A stretch of 44,166 nt of DNA from Coniocarpon cinnabarinum (Eukaryota): NCBI GenBank assembly GCA_051942205.1, contig JAVECO010000186.1:1-44166 (forward strand), read 5' to 3'. This document shows positions 1 through 14,093 of this stretch, one piece after another. Under the pieces are notes generated by a model that saw only the letters and a list, made by a program, of their open reading frames with translations, did no database searches and was not told the DNA's origin. A program made the position numbers and the translations under genes. Position 1 is the stretch's first letter; each line of letters begins with the position of its first letter.

Positions 1-59
1 ATATTTTAGATATTTATTATATAGAGAACTATAATATATAAAGATACTACTATAACTAT

Positions 60-420
60 AGTATATAGTTACTTTTAACTTTATAATAAAACTACCTAAA
101 TTAAGCTTTATAAGATAATATAACTATAATATAATTTATATTATAATAGATAAATTAACTAAGTTTATATACTTTTTACTAATATATAAAGTATTAATAG
201 TAGAAGTAATTATTAAGAGAATTATTATATATATTTAGTCTATATATAGAACTCTAAAAAAAATTATCTTAGATAAAGATAGAAAGTTTATTTTAAAATT
301 CTAGAAAGGTATTATAAGTATACTAGATATTACTTACTATATATCTATAGCTTACTACCTCTAAATAGATAGACAAATAAAATATACTAACTAGATACTT
401 AAATAATATCTTTAGATATT
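60..420 (+). mobile_element. RIP-degenerate Ty3/Gypsy integrase fragment
   Basis: Translation at ~343-410 gives SIAYYL*IDRQIKYTN*ILK*YL, which back-mutates by C>T/G>A to STAYHPQTDGQTERTNQTLEQYL; upstream relics of D-F-x-x-K-L-P, VVVDRLTK and IISDRDxxF motifs. Confidence 0.85.
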
Positions 421-2356
421 TCTTTAACTAATAATATTTTTTTTTTTTAGCTAACTAATACTTTTTTAGCTTATACTTATTAGAATAATCTAAGTAGAGA
501 TTAGTATCTAAATATTTTATTAAAACTAGTAAAGTACTTATAATCTTTAAAACTAAACTATAGTTTATATTTTTAACTATTATAGGTATAATAACTATAA
601 GTATTATAGCTAAACGCTATAATATAAACTTTAGAAAACTTCTAATAGTTACTATAACTAGGCATAATAAATAATTTAAGTATTTTAATAAGCTAGCTTT
701 AAGCTTACTTATTAACGCCTTTTTAAGAAGATAAGTAAAAAGCTATGCTTATAAAAAAAATTTAAGATAAAGTAGTAATAAGAGAAGAGTTTTAAATATT
801 TAAAGGTTATTAGAATAATTAAACCTTAAGAAAAGAATTATATTATAGCGCTAATATACTTTAAATAAAAATTTAATTACTAACTACTAAATTAGAAACT
901 AACTACTATACTATAATATTAGAAACTTAATTAGCTATAGGTATAAGGCCTTTAGGGCCTATAGCTTAAAAAGCCTAATAAAAAGACTATAAAGGCCTTA
1001 GACTATTAAGATATATAGGCTATAAAGGTTTATATAAAACTATATAGTTAGACTAAAGAATATCTCTAAAAAAGACTTTAGTCTACTAAATTTTTATATT
1101 TTAAACCTACTTTATTTATACTAAGTTATAAGTTTTACTTTTTACCTAAAACCTCTTTTTTTACTCTAAAGAGACTCTATACTAAGTTTTTTATATTTTA
1201 GAACCGCTAGCTCTCTTCTAATCGTGTTAAGATAGAAAACTACTAAGAAATTATTCTAACCTACGTAACAACTTAAGAATATAAGAATATAGCTAACTAT
1301 TTTACTAAGTAAGTTAAGGGTAATCTAGAAGTCTTTCTCTTTTACTAGAACTTTAATCTTATTAATAATATAGTAAATAGAGTATACTACTATAAAACTT
1401 CCTCTCTCTCTCTCTCTCTCTTTTTCTCTTACTCTTATAGAGCTTTCTAACATCCTTGCTAATAAATACTTAGCGCAACTACTTAAGGCTGTTATAAGTA
1501 CTTAACACTTATAAACCTTATAAAAGAGACCTCTATTGTTTTTAGCGATAAGAAGTTATTAACTTAGAGATCTAACTTATAAGTATGTTTTCCTTAACAT
1601 ATCTATAGCTAATTAGAAAGGTATATCTTATTGTAAATAACTATAACATATACTAATACTTTAAGAGTAATATATATGCTTATTCTTAACTAAGCTGTTT
1701 CTACTTCTAATAGCTATTATGTACTAAGTAATTAAAGACTTTTATTAGAATTTTATATAAGGTAGAGATACTTATTATTTTTAAGCTATACTACTATTAT
1801 AATTCTTATAATAATTTTACTAAGACCTTATTAAGCCTCTACTTTATATAAAATAGTTAATCTTCTAAAAATATAACTTATATTATAGTATTATTAAGAT
1901 TTTACTATAATTTCTAAGTATGCTTATAGTATTCTTTAGTAGTATTTTATAATTTTTTTTTTTACTAGTAGCTATTTTTACTATTTTAAATAGTTATATA
2001 TATAATCTTTTCTTACTTACCTATATATCTAAAATCTCTTATTATATATTTTTAATCTTTTAATTAGTAAAAGATTAAAGTAACTACTCTTAATTTTTAA
2101 TATTTTTATCTCTTTAACCTTAATATTATTAATAGTCTTATAAACTTAACTATAATTATAATATTTATAAGTAACTATCTTAGAGCTTAGTCTTAAGATA
2201 TATAATTTATAAGTGGCTATCTTAAGATTCTTGCTCTTAACTTTGCTACTTGTAATACAGCTACGCGCCTATATAATCTTGTTTAGCTATTACTCTCTTT
2301 CTATCTGCCTTCTACTCTCTAAGTACTTCTAACGTCTATTTCTATATAGCGAGACG

Positions 2357-2390
2357 TACCCTATACTAAGATATACCCTATACTAAGATA
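2357..2390. repeat. Perfect 17-bp tandem duplication (TACCCTATACTAAGATA x2)
   Basis: Directly visible at 2357-2373 and 2374-2390. Confidence 0.9.
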
Positions 2391-2999
2391 TGGACAGTGC
2401 TGCTATAGCGGTACATAGATCTAGATAAAAATTATAAATGCTATTAGAGTATTATTTACTATACTTTTAATTTTATTGCTATATCTTTTTTTCTATTACT
2501 AATTAGTAAGCTATTATAGTATAGTATTTACAAAAGGACCCTCTTTAGCACCTATTTAGTTTTTTAGTTTAAAAGATAGACACATAGCTAGTAGGCGTTA
2601 GCGCCCTTAGCCTTAAGAACGTACGTCTATAGTACTCGCTACGTTACTAAAGAGAGGCTAGAAGAGTAGGCGATAGCCTTGCGCCTACCTAGCTATAATC
2701 TTTATTTTACTTCCTCTTAAATTTAATGCTGCGCAGGTCTATAGACAAGATATAAGCAACTATCTCTTTATAATTATAGATTATAACTAGATAACAAGTA
2801 ATAAAATATAATTTACAAAAGCGCTAAGTAATGTTAACTTTCTATACTTTCTAATAAGTTAGGTAGTACTGTACTAGCGTTAATAACTAGTGCGTAGAAT
2901 ATAGAAAGGTTAGATATGTTAGTAACCGCTAACTTTACTTTAGAAAGGCGGGTACAAGAAACGTACTCTTAGATATTTAATTTTCTATAGGCGTGTTTT

Positions 3000-4830
3000 A
3001 AAGACTACTAGCGGTTAATTTATACTTCTCTTGTGTCTATTAATTTCTTTTAACCTCTATATGTCTATAATAATAGAATATTAGAAAGAACGTGTACTAA
3101 TTAGCGCTTAACTATAAATATAAGTAGGGAGAGTCTTCTAGTTATATACTACTATACTAATATATTATAGATTATAAGAATAGTTATATTATAAAATTTA
3201 GCTAGTCTATTTCTTTACATAAAAGCGCGCGCTTATAATAACTTTAAGCAAAAGTATCTCTTACTAAGATAATAGGCTAACTCTTATATCTGCTCTTATA
3301 AGCTTCTACTTATTTACTAGTATAGTTCTATAGGCAAAAGTAGAAGTAGCTTAGCTCTAAGCAAAATTATTTATATAATTCCTAATTAAAAAAGATATAA
3401 TCTTAGAATACCCTAAATTTAGTAGAGTAATACTCTAATAGTTAAGTTGCCTCTTAGGCTATAATTAGATACTAGCCTTAAGGCTTTACTAATTAAGTAA
3501 ATATAATAAGTAAGCTAATATTAAATAAGCAAAGAAGCGAGTCTATATATTATTTAGTATATTTAGATTAGCTATTAAAGTATAGTATTTTTATAAAATT
3601 ATTAAGCCTACTATAAAAATTTAGTAAAGATTCTAGGTATCGACTTATAATAAGTAATTGTAATTTTATAAAATACTACTTTTTTTTTTAATTAGGTTTT
3701 TTTAGTGCTTAAGCGCGTCTACTTTCTAAATAAAAGTAGAATATAAAAAAATATTATTTTTTTAATTATTTTATTTATAAAAGTTCTTTTTTACTATAGT
3801 AAGCTAGACTAAGACTTTATTAGTAATAAAATTAACGCTAAATAGATTTATTATTTATTTATAGATAGTAGTATTTTTAAACCTAACTATACTATAGCGA
3901 TTATACTAAAGGCTTTTATTATAAAAAAATAAAAGTAATTAAAGTACTATATCTTACTAATATAATTTTTTTTATTTATTCTAGAGCTAGCCTTTTTTTT
4001 TTATATATAAGGCTAAAATAAAAGAGTATAGTATAAATAAAGTAGATTAATAGAATATATATAGTATAGCTATTATAGTAAAGGCGATTATTAAGCTCTA
4101 TTAAGAAGTATTCTAAGAGTTTAACTTAATATAGATTTAAGATCTCTATAGTAGAATTCTAGTATATATAGTCTTCTATAATAATAATTAAGTAAGTGTA
4201 TATAGTTATTTTGCTATAATATCTAATAAGTTAAATAATAAGCTAAAGTTTTATTATTATTAACTTGTATTAACTAGCTTAAGTCTAGATAATAGTAAGA
4301 ATAGGTATAAAGTATATAACATAATTTAAAATATATATAAAAGCTTTGCTTATAAACACTTTAAGAGAATAAAAGACGTAATAAAGGTGCTATAAAAGCC
4401 TAGTAAGTAGATAATAGTATTATTTAGTATATTAGCGTTAGCTCTTAAAAAAAATAACTTAAAGTAAAGCTCTTAAAATAGTAATATAGCTTTTTATATA
4501 AGCTAGGAACTTTTACTAGTAGTATATATATTAAAAAAATTTTAAGGTTAAGAGAATATATAAAGTTGTAGAAAGAGTAAATTAATATATTCTTATAGTA
4601 GCTAGAGGCCTAGCAATAAGATAGTTAGTAGCAAATATAGCAGTAGAGAGAGTAGATAGAGAAGCAGATATAGTAATAGAAGAAGTAAATATAGCAATAG
4701 AAAAAGCAAATAGAGGTGTAGATATAGCAATAGAAAGAGAAGTAGAAAGAGCAAAGGTAATATCTAGAAAAGTAGATGTAGTAGTAGAGGGAGCAGATAG
4801 AAAAGTAGGTATAGTAGTAAGATTAAATTA
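3000..4830 (-). pseudogene. RIP-destroyed large ORF, possibly a tyrosine recombinase (DUF3435-like)
   Basis: Minus strand begins with an S/T/A/P low-complexity stretch (~4820-4620), then relics readable as IWT..KLQL (~4290-4230), YRDL (~4150), D.V..LL....AF (~3950-3905) and ALGH..SS...Y....VDTQ (~3715-3630) after RIP reversal; frames are broken. Confidence 0.25.
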
Positions 4831-5043
4831 TTACTTTACTTAAGTAACACAAACCCTAATTAAGGCAAGGGATATTATAATAATCGCGTAGCTTAGTGTT
4901 TATATACTAAATAAATTTTAAGTAATATAAGAATACTAAGTTAACTATAACTATTATATTTACTTCTAAAATAGTTAATTCTCTTAGGCGTAAGAGCATA
5001 TAAGCGTATAGTGTATTCTATTATTGTACCGCCTATAATAGTA

Positions 5044-5900
5044 TTACTCTAAAGAATATAACTTGCGTATTAGGTCTAACCCTATCTCTCTATAAGAATT
5101 AAGAAGAGAAAGAAAGCTACTATAGGCTGTTAAAGTCCTAATTTTATAGGTAGTATAGTAAATAACTAGCTCTCTTAGCTTATTATCCCTATAAAAACTT
5201 TATCTAGTTCGATTCTTATAAGTAAAGTGTAGAAGCTTCTAGAACTCTATTAGTATATCTTCTTATATACAATTAAGTGTAAGTAAAATATTATAGATGT
5301 GCTAGAGACAGCAATGTTATAAATCTTCTATAAGCTTCTTTTTAGTAAAATCCTATAATCTAGCGTAAAATATTAGGTTAGGTTTATATTACTGCTATTC
5401 TAGAGAATCTCGTTGCGACTAGGTATAGAATAAGCTGTTCTTAAAACTCTTCTAAAGCATATCCAAATATTACGTCGTCTCTTAAGCTTTCTATTCCTAT
5501 TTAATTTTATGTATTAAAGAATATCTAAAGGGCTCCTAGCTATTATAAGAGTAGTATTTTATTTTTATATCTTTTTTAAATTATATAGTCTTATTATCTA
5601 ACTACGAAGTATAATAAATATTACTCTACTTGTCTTCTTTAACTTTTAAAGATACGCTATAGTCGTGGGTATATGTAAATTTATAGTAGATAGCAAATAT
5701 CTTAAATGTTATATTTTCTAGAAGAGCCGCGTACTCTTTAGATTTATATAATTAGCTATTATTTATTAATACATCTAGAGATAGTAATAGTTCTTTAAAG
5801 AGTTGTAATAGTATTATAACTTAATACTAAGAATCCTTAAATAAGAATATAAATAGTAGTAAGAGTAGTAAGCTAGATATTATTAATAAGAATATATTTA
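5044..5900 (-). pseudogene. RIP-inactivated fungal BTB/POZ-domain protein gene
   Basis: One minus frame reads LDVLINNS*LYKSKEYAALLENITFKIFAIYYKFTYTHDY (de-RIP: LMNNG..ES..A.LEDV..F...EFAYTxDY) and, in the same frame, FYARL*DFTKK...NKLRELVIYYTTYKI...FLSLLNSYREIGLDL (de-RIP: HA.L..FAEK...D.LRELV..YAAC...F..LL...GE.G.DL). These are typical fungal BTB protein motifs. The 5' boundary is approximate. Confidence 0.7.
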
Positions 5901-6639
5901 TTACCTAAAAATTAATTTAACTAACTTATAGAACTAAGTTGCTAAAGGTATAAAAGGCGATGTATAAGAGGAAACGGCTTCTAGCGGTAAAATTTTCGAG
6001 TATAAGTTTAGTAGTAAGATTATAGTATAAAGATATATACAAGTAGTCTTTAACATAATGTATTTCTCTTGTTATTACCTTTTAAAGAGAGTGCATACTA
6101 AGAAGACTAGTTCTATAAAGAAGAGCTCTATTTTAGGCTTATAGAACTGTTAGATAATTATTAAGATTATATAAACTTTATTATAATTATTGTAACTTAG
6201 ACTAATAGAGGCTTCTTAGTATATAGAAAGAGATATTAGATCTTAATTTAAAATAGACTAGTAGATAACCTATACGAATAAAGTTTTAAAGAGAGTGTGT
6301 AGTAGGTATAGTAGACCAGTTTTGTAAAAGACTATAATAATACTTATTATGTCTATAAAGAGTATTTTAGTCTTATAGCTTACTAGTAAGCCTACTATGC
6401 GTATTATTGTAAGCGCTTTAGCGTTCTAATAGAAGCTTCTTTTGTGTATACATATTATAACTATGCTAGCTACCTATCTTATATACGCTAGAGAACTATT
6501 TAGCGTACAAGTCCGTCTATGTTCCTGTTATAGGCGATTCTATTATTATATTGCTACTAAGTTGTCTAGCTTAGAAGTTTAGTTTTCTTGCTTGCTATCT
6601 TAGAGCATATATTATCGATTATAATTAAGTTCTTTAGCG

Positions 6640-9270
6640 TCTTTTCTTTATATTTCTTAGTCTACTTCTAATCTAACTATATTAGACTTAAATTATAGCT
6701 CTAAATTACTAAAAAAAATACTATTACTAAATATTTTTAAAAAAGAGCTTCTATTTATTATATAGGTAAAGAAGCGCTTTATTATTTTTTATAGTATATC
6801 TTATTTTTTTTTTAGATAGTATATTTTTTAAAAATAAACTTACTTACTATAAAAAATAATTTATAATAAACTAAAAAAATATAAGTATAGATAAAAGATT
6901 ATTAATACTTTAAGTAAATATAAAATTTACTAATAATTTATTAATATATTTAAGTAAACGCTAAATTAGTTATAATTTAAATATAAATTATATATAGTTT
7001 TTAGATCTATTAAATAAAGTAGATACTAGTAGTAATAATAAAGTATTATATAAATAAATAAGTTTATTTTTAATTATAGATCTAAGCTTTAATAAGAAAT
7101 ACTATTTATTATACTACTAGGCTATATTTAGAGTTTAGTTAATAAATAAGTTTTTATTATTATTAGCTTTATATATAGTATTTTTAATAGTATTATAGTT
7201 TTAATAACTATTAAATATATTATCTTTAGTTATAGTAAACTATACTTTTAAGTTACTATCTTTATAAGTCTTAAAATATATTTTAAAAAAACTATTCTTA
7301 TTTTTATTATTACTTATTTTAGTATTTTTATATATATCTAATAATTTAGAAGTATTTTTTTTTATATAGATATAACTAAAGCTAAAGATTATTTTAAAAA
7401 CTTAAGTTAAATTAACTTATATAGTAGCTTTAGTAATAGATATATACTAATTATATATATAAATATTTTAAATAGTCTTATTCTTATTTATTAAAATATC
7501 TAATTTTAGAAGCTTTATAGTATCTATATTTTAAAAATAAAAATAAAGACTTTTATTTTTAATAATTAATAAGTAAATATAGCCTACTTCTAGATCTTTC
7601 TTACTTATAGTAGTTTTAGCTAAAGATATAATTATAGTAAATCTTTTATATAAGTAATTATTTAGCTACTTAGGCTTAGCCTATAGCTAATCTAACGTAT
7701 AGTTATATATAGCTATAGTAATTATATCTAATAAACTATAAGATTATAAAAGTTTATTTAATAGTAAAAAAAAGTTATTATTTAAATTATTACTAAGAAT
7801 AGTTATTAGCTTTTTTATAAGCTATTAAAAAAATTTACTTTACTAGTAGTTTAAGATTTTACTTATACTCTATATCTAGTACCTTTATATTTTAGTTTCT
7901 TTTTATAGGCTAATTATAAATTATTTTATTAGTTATTTAGTAGACCTTATAGCCTACTAGTTAGTAGTAATTATATTACTAATAAGATATACTAATAATA
8001 AGTCTTTAGACTAGCTAGTATTAGGCTAACTTTAATAGTAGGCTATTATAAGAAATAAAGATAGGTTCTACTACCTTTATAAAGACTAATATCATAGTAA
8101 GTAAACCTCTAGTTAAGTAAACTTAGTAGAAGATACTTAAAAAGAAATTAAATATTATAAGTAGAAGTAAAATATATAGCTTTTAGGTAAATAGGCTAAA
8201 TAGCTCTTAGATAGCTACTACTATTTTATAGTAGTAGTATATTAGTATCTAGTAGTAGCTGTATAGACTAAAAATATTTTACCCTTACTATTATAACTTA
8301 GGTATTTATATAGCGTTAGGAAATAGATAGTAGGCTAAGCCTACTTACTTTAATACCTTATAAATTTTCTACTCTATAGTTATTACTTCCTCTAAGATTA
8401 TCTATTTATATAGTAGCTTTAAGACCTTAGATAAAGAAGTTAGATCTAATTAGAATATTACTTAACTTGCTTTATATAGTTATACTAATAAACTAGCTAG
8501 GCTAAAGAATAAAGAAAACCTAGGCTATATAAATACTATAGTAGACTATACTAATACTATATTATTTTAGCTACTAGTTACTAAAGACTAAAAAACTAAA
8601 ATATAATAAAATAAGCTTAATACTATTATATAATAGCTAGTAACTACCTAGAGCTATAAATTATAATATTAGCTATAAGTATTATATTAGTAGTACTAAG
8701 TAAGTAACCTATCTATCTAATAAGAGCTATAGCCTAGATTATCTAAGCTTAGCTTATAAAAAGACGTAATATATAAGTTTATTATCTATAAGTCTATTAT
8801 AAGTTATAAAATAGCTAATATAGATTATAAATATAGAAAGATACTTATTTAAATAAAAAGTTGCTACTACTATTACTACTACTACTACTACTACTACTAC
8901 TAAAATCTTTACTTACTATTATTAGGTATAATAATAGATACTAAAAGCTTTTATAAAAATAGAAAGATAACTATTAGCTAGTCTAGCTACTACTAGATAG
9001 AAAGTAGTATATTAATTATTAAGATAGTATAGCTAAAATAGTAAAAAAAATTTTTACTAGCTATAGCTAGTATATAAAGATATAGTATAAATAAAAATAA
9101 GATAGTATTAGCTTTAAGCTAGTATAGTAGCTATAATATTACTAACCTAGCTTAAATAATATAAGTAAAGGCTAGATATATTAGAGAGTATTAAAGATAG
9201 AGGCTAAAAAAATAAATAGTATAAAGAAGTAGTAAGTTCTTATATTTTATAATAGTATATAGGCTAGTAT
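6640..9270. repeat. Heavily RIP-mutated unclassified repeat, probably a nested TE
   Basis: Markedly more degenerate (few CpG left) than the flanking 4900-6640 and 9280-9600 segments; no diagnostic motif recovered; boundaries approximate. Confidence 0.45.
8864..8902. repeat. (CTA)n microsatellite
   Basis: About 13 CTA units with one interruption; possibly a RIP-converted (CTG)n. Confidence 0.85.
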
Positions 9271-9606
9271 AGTATAGGTACTTGCTATATAGGCCTATAC
9301 CTAATTAGCTGTTATAGGGCGTAGCTTTCTAAAGCGGGCGATCTAGCACATAGATTACTCTTTTGTTGTTTATAATAGATTGCGCGATACCTAAAGTAGT
9401 AGTATAATATCTACATTTTAGCATCGTCTAATTCTAGAGCTATGCTATCTTCTAGATAGTTAACAACTTTATAAACTTCTAAAAGGCTGCTTTCTTATAA
9501 CATTACCTTGCTCGCTTATTTATCTTGTATACTTGTTGCTTATAGCCTAACTAGCTTGTTATTATAAAGCGTAACTTAGATAGCATCTTAAGATTAGCAT
9601 GGTATC

Positions 9607-9822
9607 TATTATAAGGAACTAGGCGGATACTATTAATTGTCTACTACTTCTTCTTTATTATCTACTACTATTAGAAGCTATATCTTTATATATTACTCTA
9701 GTAAGCTATTTTTTACTAATAATAGTATCTAAGTTATACTAACTTAGTCTAGACTATACTAATAGTCTATTAAATATCTAGTATATCTTTATTAGATAGT
9801 AGCTAAAAAAGTATTTATAATA
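9607..9822 (-). repeat. Copia LTR (3' LTR of the element)
   Basis: Ungapped alignment to 13878-14093; differences are almost all transitions. Confidence 0.92.
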
Positions 9823-12800
9823 CTTTTTTTACTTTTTTAGTATACTTTAATTTAAAAGCTTTACTTAGGTTATATTAGCTTTATACTTTAAAGTAGCTAG
9901 TAGCTTAAATAAATAGTTTATAGCTATTACTTTTATAAATATATATACTATTTTTATTTTATTATTTTTAGTAATTTTTTTAATATAATATATATAAATA
10001 TTAATATACTTTATTTAAGTATAAAACTTAAAATTTTTAATAAAAGTAATTAAGCTTTAGTTATCTTTAAAAATTAATATTAATTACTAAACTAAGTTAT
10101 TTTTTTTTAGTTAACTAAGTAAGCTTTTAATCTATATAATTTTTTTATTTATATATATAAAAGCCTTATATTTTACTTTTATTATTAATATTAATATAGA
10201 TCTTTAAAGCCTACTACTTTATAAAATAGCTTTTTTAGCTAATATATAAATATAGCTTATTATTAAGTACTTAGTACTAATATTTATAATATAGTTTATA
10301 TTTAAATAATAGTATAACTACTCTATAGCTAAATTAGTACTAGTTTTATACTAAATATTATATACTATTATTTTTTTAAAATATTATAGTACTTACTATA
10401 TAGCTATAATATACTTATTTACTAAGTTATAGTAAAATTAGCTAAGCTTTTATATTATAAATATAATATTAGATTAATAGGCTTATATAAGCTAATTTAG
10501 CTTACTAATAAGTTTTTAATACTATTTTATATTAGTAGATAGCTCTCTTTTTTTTAGATAGATTTTAGATTTTTATATTCTCTAGCTAAAATTTAAGTAT
10601 ACTTTATTAGTAGCTTGTAAATATAGTATACTTAGTTAAATTAAATATTTACTTATTATAATTTTACTAAATTCTAATTTTTAGAATTATACTAATCTTA
10701 TTAAGATTCTATATTTAATACTATTATACTAAAAGCTTTTTTTTTTAGTTAACTTTTTTTAAAAAAGCTTTTACTATTAATATATAGAGTAATAATTATA
10801 TATTTATATTAATTAATCTAAATACTTTAATTTTTAGATAAATCTTAAAATCTAATTATTTTAAAAAATTATCTAATTATATAATTCTAAACTTAGCTTA
10901 ATTACTTAAGTTTTAGTAATTTTTTTTATAGCTTTAAAATTTTATTTACTAGTATTTTTATACTATCTAGAGCCTTTAAGTAAATATTCTTATTTAGTAT
11001 TTTTAATAAGTAGGCTAATACTATATTTATCTAATATATTTTTAAATTATATACTATAGTAACTATTAGTAATATTTATAAAAATTCTATTTATATAACT
11101 AATAAAAAAATCTTAAAAAAATTAATATTTAGCTATTAGCTAAAGTTTTTTATTATTAGTCTTACTTTATACTTATTAACCTACTTATTAGATAGCTATT
11201 TAATTTTAAAGATCTACTTTATATTAATAAGGCTTATATAATTTTCTAGATAGTCTATAAACTACTAGATCTAATTTATAGCTAGTAAGTTAATCTAATT
11301 CTTAATTACTAGCTATTAAAGCTGCTTTTTTTTTAAACTAACTACTTTTTTATAACTTTTTAGTATAATTAGTAGTTCTTATAGTATTTAATTAATTTTT
11401 AGGGTAGCCTTTAGCTTTACTATCTTTTTTTTATATATAGTATTATTAAATTACTATACTAGTCTTAGTATATAGCCTAATTATCTAGAGGTAGGCCTAT
11501 TCTTAGGCTTCTCTAAAGTACTTAGTATAAAAGATAGTATACTTTTTCTACTACTAGTAAATATCTCTAGATAGGCTTTAATTACCTTTTTAATAGCGTA
11601 CTTTTACTACTCTCTAGTAGTAGCTACTTATTATATTTCTTAGTTAATATCTAGGTTCTCTAATATTTTAATATATTATTTAGCCTATTTATTAAATAAC
11701 TAGCTATCTTTTACTATTTTATTAAAATATACTAAGCTAGTATTCTTAACTACTTTTATATAAGAATTAAGAATTTAGTACTATCTTAATATCTCTATAT
11801 ATCTAATAAAGGTTTTTTAAGCTTCTATAGGCTCTAATTTATTAGTATAGCGTTTCTTTAGAATCTATATATAGGTAAAATAGCTAAAGACTTAAATATA
11901 CCCTAAGCTAGGCTTCTTATCTATCTAAAGCTGCTTAGAGCTTTGCTACCCTTTTAGCTAGAGTATTTAATTTCTTAGGTAAGTTACTATACATACTACT
12001 TTATCTTAGAGGTTTTTTAGTAGGTCTACTTTAATAAGTATACTTCTTACTATAGTAACAAGCATATAATTTAGCTACTTAGTAATATTATTTTACTTAA
12101 GTATATAGAGTATAGTAAATTTAATTTATATACCTTATTTTTATAAATCTTTTACTAGACTTTAGAATTCTCTTATATTATTAAGTTAAATAGCTTATAG
12201 CTAGCTACTACTTTATTGCTTAGCTTACTACTTCTAGGCTTTAAAGACCTTAGGTAGGCTAGTTTAATTCTTTTATAGAAAGATCTATAATTTTCTTATA
12301 TAATTATCTATAATTATTAATATATATTAGCTACCTAAGAGTATTTAATACTTAAAAAGGCCCTAGTAGTCTATATATACTCTTCTAAGCTTCTACTAAG
12401 CTCTTTTTACTAGCTTCTTACTAATTATTTATATAGCCTTAGTTAGCTAATAGGTATAGTAGGCTTTAACTAGCCTAATTCTCTTTAGTATGCTTACTCT
12501 AGCTATAGTAAGCTATAGTATCTTTTACTTACTAGAATATTTTAGGTAATAGTACTAGAGCTATAATTTTATATTCTAGGTAATACTTATATTTACTATT
12601 TAGTACTCTTGTATTTATAGTATATATACTTTACCTTAATATACTATAGTTATATTAATTAAGTTATTCTTAAATAATCTTACTTATTAACTACTAAATT
12701 TAAGTATTATCTCTTTATTAGTAAGCTAGCTAATAGATAGTAAGTTATATTTAATTCTTAGAATATATATTATATCTATAATCTTTATATAAATACTATT

Positions 12801-13877
12801 AATTAGTACTTTAATTATACCTATCTTTAGGGCTTCTAAGACCTATCTATTAGTAATCTAAACCTCTTCTTTATAAGAAGTATAGTCTATAAAAAGGCTT
12901 CTATTAAACGTTATATACTATATATAGCCTAAGTTAAGTATCTAGTTATTTAAGTCCTACTACTTTAGTAGTTCTACTATAGTTAATATAGCTATCTAAA
13001 TAGTATTAGGCTCTTTCTTAGGCTACTATTATTATTTTTAGTCTCTTTTTTTTTAGAGCTTCTTATATTTTTATACTATATAGCTCTAGCTATAATAGTA
13101 ATAATACTTAATATTATTACTTTTTTCTTAAGAGCTTCTACTATAATATCTCTACTACTTCTTAGTAATAAAGTAAGCTAAATTCTCTTCTTCTTAGCTT
13201 TAAATAAAGAGCTTAACTTTCTTAAATTATTAGATAACTTTATTAAATAATATCTTAGCTATTTTTAATACCTTAAAGATAAATACTATTATCTAGTATT
13301 CTTATAGTAGATACTATATAAAAATAGCCTTCTTAGCTATATCTAAGAGCTTTTCTTCTAGTCTAGTAGCTATTATTTAGAGCTATAACTTAGTTAGACT
13401 ACTAGTACTAGTATTAAGAATACTAGCCTACTAAAACTAATAAAACTTAGATAGTAGGTACTAAACCTACTCTTTACTAAGTACTTAATAAATTAACTTA
13501 AGCTTATTAAAAGCCTTCTTTAAAGATTAGAGTTCTAGTAAGTAAGTATACTACTCTTTATTAATTATTAAATTAATAATTACTAGTACTTTAGTAAAGT
13601 TCTACTTTTAAGTCTTCTTATCTTTTTTAAGGTTACTAGTAGATACCTTTATATACTTTTAAAGGCCTTTATCTTCTAGTATATTTTATAATATTTTATA
13701 ATATATTAACCTATTTAAAAAAGTTATTACTATCTAGTATAAAGACCTTAAAAAAGCTCTTTTTATAAAATTTTTCTATTTTACTAAAAAAAAAAGTAAA
13801 GCTTAGAAAAAAATAAAAAAATAATAATATTAACTAAAAATAATAGTAATAATAAGGTATTAAGTTAGGCTTATAAT

Positions 13878-14093
13878 TATTATAAGAAACTAGGTAGATA
13901 CTATTAATTATCTACTACTTCTTTCTTACTATCTATTACTACTAAAAGCTATATCTTTATATACTACTCTAGTAAGCTATCTTCTACTAATAATAGTATC
14001 TAAGCTACGCTAACCTAGTCTAGACTATGCTAATAGTCTACTAGATACCTAGTACGTCCTTATTAGATGGCGGCTGGAGGAGTAGTCACAACA
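13878..14093 (-). repeat. Copia LTR (5' LTR of the element); right end largely un-RIPed, ending ...CACAACA
   Basis: Aligns to 9607-9822; followed by TSD GTATC. Confidence 0.92.

Larger units (their letters stand above)
1..14050. repeat. AT-rich, RIP-mutated nested transposon/relic block
   Basis: Very low GC, pervasive TpA, CpA/TpG depleted, no ORF in the supplied track; abrupt transition to GC-balanced DNA at ~14050-14100. Confidence 0.95.
9607..14093 (-). mobile_element. Full-length RIP-degenerate Ty1/Copia LTR retrotransposon
   Basis: Paired 216-bp LTRs (9607-9822, 13878-14093); identical 5-bp TSD GTATC (9602-9606, 14094-14098); minus strand at ~10500-10420 reads LN*LI*AY*SNIIFII*KLS*FYYN, i.e. 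LNWL...RPDIAF.VQKLSQF.HN of Copia RT; PBS-like ATTATAAGCC (de-RIP GTTATGAGCC) next to the right LTR and a polypurine tract next to the left LTR on the minus strand. Confidence 0.9.

Noticed and set aside
1060..1270. Possible Gypsy LTR ending in ...GTAACA
   Set aside because: No partner LTR or TSD within the window to confirm it.
1..14050. Mitochondrial insertion or centromere as explanation for the AT richness
   Set aside because: Recoverable TE motifs and transition-only LTR divergence indicate RIP; centromere identity cannot be judged from sequence alone.
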